Source: Patescibacteria group bacterium UBA7435 (GTDB taxonomy: Bacteria; Patescibacteriota; Minisyncoccia; Phycocordibacterales; UBA918). From it: DNA of 64,000 nucleotides. How positions within the stretch are numbered: the first letter of the stretch is position 1; each line of letters opens with the position of its first letter. The translations under genes were made by a program, and so were the position numbers. The stretch spans positions 24,528 to 88,527 of the forward strand of contig DLQJ01000016.1 in NCBI GenBank assembly GCA_002477545.1, in the 5' to 3' direction. Shown one piece after another: positions 1 through 8,255 of this stretch. The notes beneath the pieces were generated by a model that made no database searches, was not told the DNA's origin, and saw only the letters and a program-made list of their open reading frames with translations.

Positions 1-133
1 GAGCGACGGGGCAGCGAGTTCTTGTGACTGAAAGGAATTAGAACTGGCGCCAAGTCCGATAGATAAAGCTTCCTCCTTTTTAAAACAAGAATCGGGGGTA
101 CTTAGTAGAAATTATACTTAGTGACTTGTGAGG
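1..133 (+). repeat. Left-truncated copy of the tRNA-tail element (modules B and C)
   Basis: GTTCTTGTGACTGAAAGGAATTAGA...CAAGTCCGATA resembles 409-453. ACTTAGTAGAAATTATACTTAGTGACTTGTGA resembles the reverse complement of 38955-39005. Confidence 0.7.
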
Positions 134-214
134 ACCAGAACGACAGACTTCCTCCATAGACCTCCCCCTAAACATATGCTACAATCTCGCCACTCTAACA
201 GGGTACGTACACAT

Positions 215-296
215 GCGCGTGTGGCGGAATTGGTAGACGCGCTAGTTTTAGGCACTAGTGAGGCAACTCGTGGAGGTTCAAGTCCTCTCGCGCGCA
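215..296 (+). tRNA. tRNA-Leu(TAG)
   Basis: Cloverleaf with long variable arm; anticodon arm CTAGT-TTTAGGC-ACTAG; GGTTCAAGTCC T-arm; no encoded CCA. Confidence 0.96.
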
Positions 297-449
297 CAAA
301 CGGCAGACCCAGAAAGCGATGCTTTCTGGGTCTTTGCCGTTTTGACGTGTGAGAGGACTTGAACGGTTCGTTTCGGGGTCCCCCTGGGGTAAACGAACCG
401 CGACCAACGTTCTTATGAACGAAGTGAATTAGATAAGTGGGTCAAGTCC
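297..449 (+). repeat. tRNA-Leu(TAG) tail element (hairpin, antisense copy, module B, sense remnant)
   Basis: 345-364 is complementary to the tRNA 3' end; the rest aligns with the tRNA-Asp tail. Confidence 0.8.
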
Positions 450-476
450 GATAAATATGCTTCTCAATTCTAAAAT

Positions 477-628
477 GTGGGAGTCGCGCCTTACGGGCCG
501 CAGTAGACCTTTTGGTTATATTGATTCGCTCCGCTCTCAATCTACCTCAAAAGCTTTTCGACTCCCACCCAGGAGAAAATAATAAAAGCCTAAAACTCCA
601 AGTATTCGTTTTAGGCTTTCTTATTCTG
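477..628 (-). repeat. tRNA-Cys tail element (module A)
   Basis: 557-574 is an 18-nt exact inverted copy of the tRNA 3' end; 477-486 is a direct copy; the core aligns with the tRNA-Thr tail. Confidence 0.85.
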
Positions 629-701
629 AGTCCTGGGTGGGAGTCGAACCCACGCGTGTCGGTTTTGCAAACCGATGCGTTAACCACTTCGCCACCAGGA
701 C
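629..701 (-). tRNA. tRNA-Cys(GCA)
   Basis: Reverse complement GTCCTGGTGGCGAAGTGG...TCGGT-TTGCAAA-ACCGA...GGTTCGACTCCCACCCAGGACT; U discriminator. Confidence 0.95.
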
Positions 702-769
702 TTTGGTTGCAACACTTTACCATCTATAGCTTACCAAACCAAGTAATTATGTTATCATGGCGCGCATAT

Positions 770-851
770 GCCGGGATGGTGGAATTGGTAGACACGCAGC
801 ACTTAAACTGCTGTGAGGCAACTCGTGCGGGTTCAAGTCCCGCTCCCGGCA
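770..851 (+). tRNA. tRNA-Leu(TAA)
   Basis: Anticodon arm CAGCA-CTTAAAC-TGCTG; long variable arm; GGTTCAAGTCC. Confidence 0.96.
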
Positions 852-914
852 CCTAAACAAAGCACGCCTCAGGGCGTGTTTTGTTGTGTCAGGAACGGGA
901 TTTAAAAATGAAGA

Positions 915-1937
915 CTACCTCAACTTCATCCGATGCTTCTTAAACGAATCCGGCTTATTCTTAAAATTATTTTGAGTCAGTACCTTTCTCATCTTCGCGG
1001 GCAACCGATCAAACGTCATACACTTGTACGAGCAGTACCCACTCTTCTTTTCGACACATCCCTCACACCCTAAGAAAAGGATATGACACGCTTGGTTCTT
1101 GCAGTGATGATGGGTATCACTTTTATTTTTTGCACATAAGTGACACGTTGAAATAATTTCTTCTCCAATACGTTCTCCCATACGTTCATCAAACACAAAG
1201 TTCTTTCCTTTAAATTTATTCTCAAGGCCCTCTTGCTCTACCTGGTGCTTGTAGTCGATGATCCCTCCCTTAAGGTGTCGTACGTCAGTAAAACCATTAT
1301 GTTTCAACCAAGCACTTGCCTTCTCACAGCGGATACCCCCTGTGCAATACAATGCCACTTTCTTATTCTTGTGAATTTTCAATGTCTCTGGTGTCACCGC
1401 AAGCTCCTCTCTGAAGGTATCAACATCAGGGCAAACAGCATTCTCAAAGTGGCCAATTTCACTCTCATACCCATTACGCATATCAATCACCACAGCCTCC
1501 GGATCCTCTACATACTCATTCATCTCTTTAGCAGTAAGGTACGCTCCTGTATCAGTGACATCAAATGAATCGTCGTCCAAGCCATCAGCCACAATCTTTC
1601 CTTTTACGCGCACCACAAGTTTATAAAACGACGATGCTGACCCTTCCTCAACAGCAATTTTGTATGGGACACCCGCAAACTCCTTCTTTGACTTCATAAA
1701 TGCATCAAACTGATCCCAGTGTTTCTTAGGAACACTCATCTGTGCGTTAATTCCCTCGTGGGCAACATAAATACGACCAAGACATCCTAAACTACCGAAG
1801 CGTTCTAAAAGCTCATTACGAAGCTTCTTAGGCTCAGCAATCTGCACATATTTATAAAACGACAGAGTAACGCGTTCAATACCATCTTTGGCAATTTCCG
1901 CTTTTTTCTCTGCACGAGGTCGTAAATCCTTTTTCAT
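915..1937 (-). CDS. trhO: Rhodanese-domain tRNA uridine hydroxylase (YceA/TrhO family)
   Basis: Motifs SFYKY, GRIYVAHEGINAQ, YCTGGIRCEK and GKNFVFDER. Confidence 0.92.
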   Translation of the reverse strand: MKKDLRPRAEKKAEIAKDGIERVTLSFYKYVQIAEPKKLRNELLERFGSLGCLGRIYVAHEGINAQMSVPKKHWDQFDAFMKSKKEFAGVPYKIAVEEGSASSFYKLVVRVKGKIVADGLDDDSFDVTDTGAYLTAKEMNEYVEDPEAVVIDMRNGYESEIGHFENAVCPDVDTFREELAVTPETLKIHKNKKVALYCTGGIRCEKASAWLKHNGFTDVRHLKGGIIDYKHQVEQEGLENKFKGKNFVFDERMGERIGEEIISTCHLCAKNKSDTHHHCKNQACHILFLGCEGCVEKKSGYCSYKCMTFDRLPAKMRKVLTQNNFKNKPDSFKKHRMKLR

Positions 1938-1992
1938 ACCTAATTGCCATGCATCATACAGAAACAGTGCGGATTATTCAATCATTTCAATC

Positions 1993-2322
1993 TTACGGAG
2001 CAACTACTGCACCACAACTCACACTAGGAATACCAATGCCAAACGTACCTGCTGCAATACTCAAAAGTGCCATAGCCGAAAGCATTACCAACATTCCAAT
2101 AACACCATAGAGAAGATGCTGTCTGCCAACTTCGCGAGCTGACTCATTATTTGCATTTTTTACATACTCAAACGCACCATACAGAAAGTACAGAAACGCT
2201 AGTGCCATCAATAGTGTAATGAGAGGAAAAAGGATGGCTTCATTAATTCTATTTACAAAACATTGTGCAGCTATTTGTGCATCAGTTGCCTGTGCATGCG
2301 CAGTGTGTATGAGACTAAACAT
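1993..2322 (-). CDS. VirB2/TrbC-like pilin-type small membrane protein
   Basis: Signal-like AHAQ, two TM helices flanking a charged loop, LLYGVIG motif. Start chosen at MFSL, downstream of a TATAAT. Confidence 0.65.
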   Translation of the reverse strand: MFSLIHTAHAQATDAQIAAQCFVNRINEAILFPLITLLMALAFLYFLYGAFEYVKNANNESAREVGRQHLLYGVIGMLVMLSAMALLSIAAGTFGIGIPSVSCGAVVAP

Positions 2323-2348
2323 AGCTCTATTATACACACCCTTTACAC

Positions 2349-2386
2349 CCACAACGGGTGTTTTCCGCGGAAAACACCCGTTGTGG
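2349..2386. repeat. 38-bp perfect palindrome
   Basis: CCACAACGGGTGTTTTCCG/CGGAAAACACCCGTTGTGG. Confidence 0.9.
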
Positions 2387-2460
2387 ACTTCTATCAGACA
2401 CTCAAATATCATAATATGGCTATTAATAGACCTTTACCCCTAAAATAACAACCTTTTTCA

Positions 2461-2489
2461 TTGACTTTTAGCTTATTTTGTGCTATTAT
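2461..2489 (+). promoter_or_regulatory. Sigma70-type promoter for the 2625-4843 operon
   Basis: TTGACT-N17-TATTAT with TG upstream of the -10. Confidence 0.55.
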
Positions 2490-2624
2490 AGTAAGTGGAG
2501 TAGCGTAATGCATCTTCCCCTTTTGGTTTGCATGTGCAGACAAAAACGGAGAGGCGCATCCGCGCTATATATAAATTGTGATTAGTTAACACTGCTCACA
2601 CAGAACCTTGAAAAGGAGCATACT

Positions 2625-4100
2625 ATGTTCTCTAGAACCAAAAAGGCCTTCGCGGCCACCAAGAAACGTTTTACCTCTTTGCGTAAACGTTTTAAAAGAA
2701 CCCCTCGTACTGAGGAAACTTATTACAGGAGGGATCTTACGCGGGTTTGTTTATTTTTGCTTTTTGTCTTCATTACATACACAAAGGTACCAAACCCATT
2801 CTCTGAAATGATCTTCGGTGGTGTCGCTCTGTTGGTATTGCTACCGTTCATTCTTCCGCTGATTCCCGGCTTTGTAAATGCACTTGCAAACAAGCCTAAT
2901 GTTAAGCGGATCAAAACTAATGAGTCCATTGCTGAGCTAAACACGCAAGATGAAGACGAAATTGAACCAATCGTGACAGTTCGAGTTAATACCACAGATG
3001 ACTACAAACCTCACACTCTTGCATTTTTTACCTTCCTTGAACCAGGACGAGCAAAAATAATTGAGCGTGGCGATCGATTCATCCGCATACTTATGCGTTA
3101 TGACGATCATTCGTTTCGTGGAGAGACATCGCTTCGAACAAAAACGAGTACTGGCAAAGATCTTGCAAAAGGGCCTATTGCGCGCAATGAAGCTGCCTTC
3201 TGGGATGTTATAAAAACACCTAAAGGTGAACTTGATACACATCCTATATCAACTTCGTTACGCAGAGGTCATTTCGATCTTGTATGGCTTTGGTCTCGCT
3301 ACGTGTACCGGATCACTGGTGCTGTTTTTACCGGCATACCGCCGTTTCAAACAGTACGAACTTACAAGCTTTCTCGTCTTCTGAAAGTTCCTGCCGAAAA
3401 AGGTGGGTACGACTTTGAAGTAGAGACTGACTACAGTGATCATTTTCGGGCTTCATATTTCCAGTTCTTTGTTCGGATTGATGAGGCAGAAACCCAAGAC
3501 CAAGCGCCTTTGGATATTGACTTTGCCGCGACACTTCGTGTGCAAAATCCATACCAAACAGCGTATGAAGCAGCCGATTGGTCTACCCAATTTACAACTG
3601 CTTTGACTAATGTGATTCTCAATCACATTCGAGGTCTCACCCGTAGTGAGGTTACTGCTGAAGATACTAGTGATGCTAGTTATCATGCCAAAAGGCTTTC
3701 GTCAGCTGGCATGAGAATCAATAAGGGCGATAAAACAAGTCACATCATTGCAATTCCAAAATTTGGACTTAAAATGGATAAACTTGAAACGCTTAGTATC
3801 AAAGTAGCAGACAAGGAGCTTAAGGAAGCTCTTGCCGGGATCGCTAAATCAGAAGCTCGTGCAACTGCACGAGTAAATGAAGGTGACGCAGAGGCTGCAG
3901 CACAAGGAGCACTCATGAAGAAAGCAGCAACTCACGGTCGCTTTGGCGAGCTTGTAGTTACTACCGAACGTGATGTCCGTACAGCAAAAGCTGCGGGCGT
4001 AAACGGTGGTAGCGTAATTGTAAACACAGGAGGACAGCAAGGAGGGGTAGATTCCAAAACTGCATTTCTCCGGGAAAGTCTTGAAAGGATAAACCCATGA
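2625..4100 (+). CDS. Membrane-anchored SPFH/band-7-like protein
   Basis: N-terminal TMs; AETQDQAPLDIDFAATLRVQNPY resembles the SPFH core; Ala/Glu-rich C-terminal coiled coil. Confidence 0.6.
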   Translation: MFSRTKKAFAATKKRFTSLRKRFKRTPRTEETYYRRDLTRVCLFLLFVFITYTKVPNPFSEMIFGGVALLVLLPFILPLIPGFVNALANKPNVKRIKTNESIAELNTQDEDEIEPIVTVRVNTTDDYKPHTLAFFTFLEPGRAKIIERGDRFIRILMRYDDHSFRGETSLRTKTSTGKDLAKGPIARNEAAFWDVIKTPKGELDTHPISTSLRRGHFDLVWLWSRYVYRITGAVFTGIPPFQTVRTYKLSRLLKVPAEKGGYDFEVETDYSDHFRASYFQFFVRIDEAETQDQAPLDIDFAATLRVQNPYQTAYEAADWSTQFTTALTNVILNHIRGLTRSEVTAEDTSDASYHAKRLSSAGMRINKGDKTSHIIAIPKFGLKMDKLETLSIKVADKELKEALAGIAKSEARATARVNEGDAEAAAQGALMKKAATHGRFGELVVTTERDVRTAKAAGVNGGSVIVNTGGQQGGVDSKTAFLRESLERINP

Positions 4101-4843
4101 CAGGAGTAATAGTTGGATTTGTAGTCCTGGGAATTATAGCGTTGATTGTTATACTTTTCGGGACTCTCGTCTTTACCTCCGCCCTTGCGGGCGGAGGCAT
4201 TACTGCAAGATTACCCAACATGGGTAACTTCACAAAGCCTTTTCTCTTACTTCTTGGAATTGGATTAGCTTTGTATTTTGGGCCTACGGTTTTTTCAAGC
4301 CTTAGCTCTAAAAATTGGATGCCTGATATCTCACTCTGGTTAATTATATCTCTGCTGGTAACAGCGGGACTTATCGCAGTTGGATTTCTTGGTCTCTACA
4401 GAGAACCAGAGATCAGCAATGCTGCAATGTGGTTTGTCAGGATTTTGATTGCCATCTTTACACTTATTTCCATCAGCTGGTTCCTTTGGGGATCAGAAGC
4501 TGTGGAAAATCGGTACGAAGATATACAAGATTGGAAATGGGAAAACTCATGGTTTTCTTCAAACCCAACGCCAGGAACCACTGAAGTCACTCAAGTGGTC
4601 TACATGGGTCGTGCAAACGGTTCTGTATATACTTTAAGTGATGAATACTGGACCATGTTTGACTGGCCTGACAACGGCTACTGCGTTCATGTTCCAGGTA
4701 ATACTGCAGGAGTTCTTGACCGTGCTAACGACGGTCGAGATGAATACTCCCTACTTAGTCGTGTTGCTGGGAAGAAAGTACGCGTGTATACGCTTGCTCC
4801 TGGTGAATCGATTGGGGACTATACATGTCCCAAGCTAACATGA
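4097..4843 (+). CDS. Hypothetical multi-TM protein with C-terminal extracellular domain
   Basis: ATGA overlap with upstream gene; about 4 TMs; followed by a terminator. Confidence 0.7.
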   Translation: MTGVIVGFVVLGIIALIVILFGTLVFTSALAGGGITARLPNMGNFTKPFLLLLGIGLALYFGPTVFSSLSSKNWMPDISLWLIISLLVTAGLIAVGFLGLYREPEISNAAMWFVRILIAIFTLISISWFLWGSEAVENRYEDIQDWKWENSWFSSNPTPGTTEVTQVVYMGRANGSVYTLSDEYWTMFDWPDNGYCVHVPGNTAGVLDRANDGRDEYSLLSRVAGKKVRVYTLAPGESIGDYTCPKLT

Positions 4844-4844
4844 A

Positions 4845-4873
4845 AAAAGGCCCCGCAAAATGCGGGGCCTTTC
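4845..4873. terminator. Bidirectional intrinsic terminator
   Basis: AAAAGGCCCCGCA-AAA-TGCGGGGCCTTTT between convergent genes. Confidence 0.8.
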
Positions 4874-4893
4874 TTATTTCAAAAATACTGAAA

Positions 4894-5277
4894 TTATCGG
4901 TTGTTTGAGGGTACATTTGGAATGTTTTGGATATCTTGATCATCTGAGAATCCAAGTCCTCCAGCAATCAAGTTTACAATACCAAATACTGAAACCATGA
5001 TAACGAATCCTACAATCGCGTATACCATCAGTTTCTTTCCTTCTTCCCGTGAGTCTTCGTCTCCACCTCCAAGGATGAAGTACTTGAAGATACCGTAAAT
5101 GAATACAAGTAGTGCAAAAGCAAATACCAACGGGATCAATGTTCCGTTAATAAATGAGGAGATATCATCAACGAAATCGTTGATTCCACCAAACTGTGCA
5201 GCTGCAACACCTGGAAGTACCATAAGTGCCAGTGCCAGCGTATAGATACTAATTTTTTTCATACTCTGCATTATCAT
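4894..5277 (-). CDS. VirB2/TrbC-like pilin-type protein
   Basis: Signal peptide ending AAA-Q, two TMs, GGGDEDSREEGKK loop, YAIVG. Confidence 0.7.
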   Translation of the reverse strand: MIMQSMKKISIYTLALALMVLPGVAAAQFGGINDFVDDISSFINGTLIPLVFAFALLVFIYGIFKYFILGGGDEDSREEGKKLMVYAIVGFVIMVSVFGIVNLIAGGLGFSDDQDIQNIPNVPSNNR

Positions 5278-5352
5278 AAATTTATAAGTTGATGTGTCTA
5301 TTATACAAGATTTTTACGTATATTAAATGTATATACTCCATTGTGTGCATAT

Positions 5353-5601
5353 CTAGATCAACCCAAAGGAATCTTGCAACAACTGGAGTATACCCCAGAT
5401 ACCAAACATAAACACGAATGCCACTACGGCAGCGACCGCAATCTTCTTCCCTTCTTCAACACTGTTTTCATCCCCCCCATTGATAATCCATGCTTTTATA
5501 ATCCCCCACGCGAAAACAATGAAAGTAAGTGCGAATACAACTGGCACTAACAGTGATATTAATCCGGTAAATACACCAACGAGATCTGCAAAATTATTCA
5601 T
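5353..5601 (-). CDS. VirB2/TrbC-like pilin-type protein
   Basis: Two TMs with a GGDENSVEEGKK loop; paralogous to neighbours. Confidence 0.7.
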   Translation of the reverse strand: MNNFADLVGVFTGLISLLVPVVFALTFIVFAWGIIKAWIINGGDENSVEEGKKIAVAAVVAFVFMFGIWGILQLLQDSFGLI

Positions 5602-5602
5602 A

Positions 5603-6025
5603 TTACGAAGTTATTTGTCCTACAGTACCAGTAATCACTGTAAGTAGCACGTTTGCACCTAAGATCAACAATCCACCAATAAGTGCGTAGAGTAGCGCAT
5701 TATGTGCTCTTTTTATCGTCTCAGCGTTACCTCGTGCGGTTACATACAAGAACCCCGCGTAGATAATAAAGAACACCACAAACGGTATTGCAAAGATTAT
5801 GAGAATATCAATAATCGCTTGGAAGAACGCAGGGATGGTGCTGATACTGGAATCCAGAGGATTAAGCAGCTGACCACTTCCTGGTGTTATGCTAGGCCCT
5901 GAACCTATGCCATCAGTTCCGCTAGGACCGGACCCTGTACCACCACCAGTTCCACTAGAACCAGATCCTAGTTTCCCAAATGTAATTAATGGAAAAAGTA
6001 ACAAGACTATCAAAAAATACTTCAT
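5603..6025 (-). CDS. VirB2/TrbC-like pilin-type protein with Gly/Ser linker
   Basis: LLNPL, IIYAGFLYVTARGN and LLYALIG motifs. Confidence 0.75.
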   Translation of the reverse strand: MKYFLIVLLLFPLITFGKLGSGSSGTGGGTGSGPSGTDGIGSGPSITPGSGQLLNPLDSSISTIPAFFQAIIDILIIFAIPFVVFFIIYAGFLYVTARGNAETIKRAHNALLYALIGGLLILGANVLLTVITGTVGQITS

Positions 6026-6026
6026 A

Positions 6027-7331
6027 CTAATATTCCAAAATTAAACGATTAACGGCATCACTCACTGCTTGATTGATAAGAGCACGATTTGAAACAACGT
6101 CCTCTACCATTTGCATCAAGATGCTATCTGAGGCACTTGGATCTGGATCAAGCCAGCCTCGTGCAATAAGTGCACTCTGGAACATCGTTGCTCTAAATGC
6201 ACCGTTGTCACCCTTTCCAATCACGTCACGACGCACTGGCGCCATATTCAAACCAATAGTCAGGTCACTCACAAAGCGCGCAGAAGAAATGGTATTCATT
6301 GCAGTAAATGCACCCTGCGGATTTGCTGAAGCGCGCGGGATTGCAAATCCATAGAAATCACCGTATGTTCGAAGTGCTGTTGCGGAAGTACCCTGCGGAA
6401 CTGTGGTTATATCAAAGTTAAGATTAGGATTCTTCTCATCAATACCCACTGCTTCAGAACCAAGTCCAAAGTAGAGTGCTAAATCACCTGAAATAAAGGC
6501 ATTTTTATCTTCCGGCATTGCACGGTTCCAAGTATACAATGTACTGTTTACATCACTAAAGCCCGTAAAAAAACTCAGCGCACTCTCAAGTGGTGCAGCT
6601 GTAGGCCCTTCAGACTTATTGATACTAACAACATATCCTCGTTCGTTTTCAGTCACCATAGAACTTCCTGTTTGGATCGCTAAAAGTGCGAGAATATCTT
6701 TCGCATGGTTCACGTTTCGGAATTCACCAAAAGAAAGAGCACTTTGTGAAACATTACGACTACTGTCGGTTACGGTAATGCGCGGCACTACTTGTGAGGT
6801 AACTTCAGCCCAATTACGAGGCGCTTGTGCGAAGCCATGTGAAGAGAACGTATCTCTATTCCAATACATAAGCAACGGATCAACTGCAAATGGAATTGCG
6901 TAGATACCATCTCGCAGTGCAAAAATATCAGCGCCGTCTACGTATGTATTACGGTATGTATTTAACGGCACGGATTCATACGGAACAGGAAGCAGTTTCG
7001 CTCGGTGTTTTACTAAGCTATCACTCTTCAGCACAATCATGTCAGGTGAGCGACCTTCTGCAATAGCGTTGATAAGTTCATCATCAAAGTCACGTGCATC
7101 TATCTCGCGATACTGCACGACATTAAACGCCTTATCTTCTTGCGAAATATTGCGAAACGCTGTTTCAAACACAAGAGCTGGCAACGTCCCCCACACAACA
7201 ACGCTGTCACCATAGACAACATCTTCTTCTGAAGGCTTCCCTTGGAAGTTAGCTAACAAAACCAAAGCAAAAAACGCCATGAAACCAAAACCGGCAAGGA
7301 GAATTATTTGGAATGGGCGTAAATTCATCAT
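6027..7331 (-). CDS. Extracellular solute-binding protein (sugar-binding family 1-like)
   Basis: N-terminal TM; VVVWG, GRSPD, IYAIPFAVDPLLMYWNRD. Confidence 0.8.
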   Translation of the reverse strand: MMNLRPFQIILLAGFGFMAFFALVLLANFQGKPSEEDVVYGDSVVVWGTLPALVFETAFRNISQEDKAFNVVQYREIDARDFDDELINAIAEGRSPDMIVLKSDSLVKHRAKLLPVPYESVPLNTYRNTYVDGADIFALRDGIYAIPFAVDPLLMYWNRDTFSSHGFAQAPRNWAEVTSQVVPRITVTDSSRNVSQSALSFGEFRNVNHAKDILALLAIQTGSSMVTENERGYVVSINKSEGPTAAPLESALSFFTGFSDVNSTLYTWNRAMPEDKNAFISGDLALYFGLGSEAVGIDEKNPNLNFDITTVPQGTSATALRTYGDFYGFAIPRASANPQGAFTAMNTISSARFVSDLTIGLNMAPVRRDVIGKGDNGAFRATMFQSALIARGWLDPDPSASDSILMQMVEDVVSNRALINQAVSDAVNRLILEY

Positions 7332-7338
7332 GTGTATA

Positions 7339-7905
7339 TTATATCTTACGTAGTGCTAATCCGTAGTGATGATCCCCCGCATCAAAAGATCGATCAAAGG
7401 TAAAACCTTGTTGTTCAGCAAGTGCCCGAACAGTTTCCTCAGTAACTACAGCATCAGGCTGTGGACCTAAGCCACCAAATGATTCTGACCAGTCAATAAT
7501 AAATAACTTCCCGCCACTGCGTAGTGTCCGAGCAAGCTCTTGCAAGGCAACCGCCTGTTCTTCAAACTGAAAGAAAGTGTTAACCACAATTGCAGTATCA
7601 AGTACGCCATCAGGAACCTTAGTACCTCCAATGTCTTCAACGTCGCCCCATAGTGGCCGCACTTGCGTCAGACCTTTGGTTCGTGCAATTTCGCCAAGTT
7701 TTTCTACTAAGTCTTTTTGAATTTCAGACACATATACCACACCTTCTTTCCCAACAAGCTGTGCGAGCACTTCCATAAAGTACCCACTGCCTGCACCAAA
7801 ATCAGCAACAGTATCTCCCTCTCGAATATGGAAATGTGTAGCAACCACCGCAGGCTCAACAAACCGCCCCTGCAAATTAGGTGTCACCGATGAAGTATCT
7901 AACAT
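7339..7905 (-). CDS. Class I SAM-dependent methyltransferase
   Basis: VADFGAGSG motif I; LRSGGKLFIIDW. Confidence 0.88.
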   Translation of the reverse strand: MLDTSSVTPNLQGRFVEPAVVATHFHIREGDTVADFGAGSGYFMEVLAQLVGKEGVVYVSEIQKDLVEKLGEIARTKGLTQVRPLWGDVEDIGGTKVPDGVLDTAIVVNTFFQFEEQAVALQELARTLRSGGKLFIIDWSESFGGLGPQPDAVVTEETVRALAEQQGFTFDRSFDAGDHHYGLALRKI

Positions 7906-8128
7906 AGGGATAGTATACCAGTACCGATCTACATATATAGGTGAGGATGTAGAGAACAGTGGTGATCTGTTGTGATTTTTTACAAGGTGTATTATTAAGT
8001 TGTTGGATACCTTAACTGATATACGTCCCTTGGGAAAAGTCTCACGACGCCCTTCAATAATTCAAAAGGGATGACCTTGGTCATCCCTTTTTTCTATTCA
8101 AATTTTAAAATACAAAGTCCAGTTTGGC

Positions 8129-8255
8129 AAAAATCTCTAGAAATTGCGTGAGATGTGCGGAAGACAAGAAAAAAGACCCGAGCGGGACACGTGTCCAGCG
8201 AGGGTCTTTTTATCGCAGTCTGACAACGCAGATTGCGTGATTTCTAGAGATTTTT
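8129..8255. repeat. Structured ~125-bp element with 16-bp terminal inverted repeats, at the gyrA stop
   Basis: AAAAATCTCTAGAAAT/ATTTCTAGAGATTTTT ends; interior homologous to 57602-57727. Confidence 0.85.

Noticed and set aside
297-628. tRNA tails as ordinary terminators or pseudo-tRNAs
   Set aside because: Complementarity extends about 20 nt into the tRNA, cores are shared between loci, and the copies lack D and anticodon arms.
128-856. ORFs 128-352 and 512-856
   Set aside because: They overlap tRNA genes and tail elements and show no protein motifs.
7990-8095. Possible small + strand RNA ending at hairpin AAAAGGGATGACC/GGTCATCCCTTTT
   Set aside because: The hairpin can serve as the gyrA terminator, and promoter evidence is weak.
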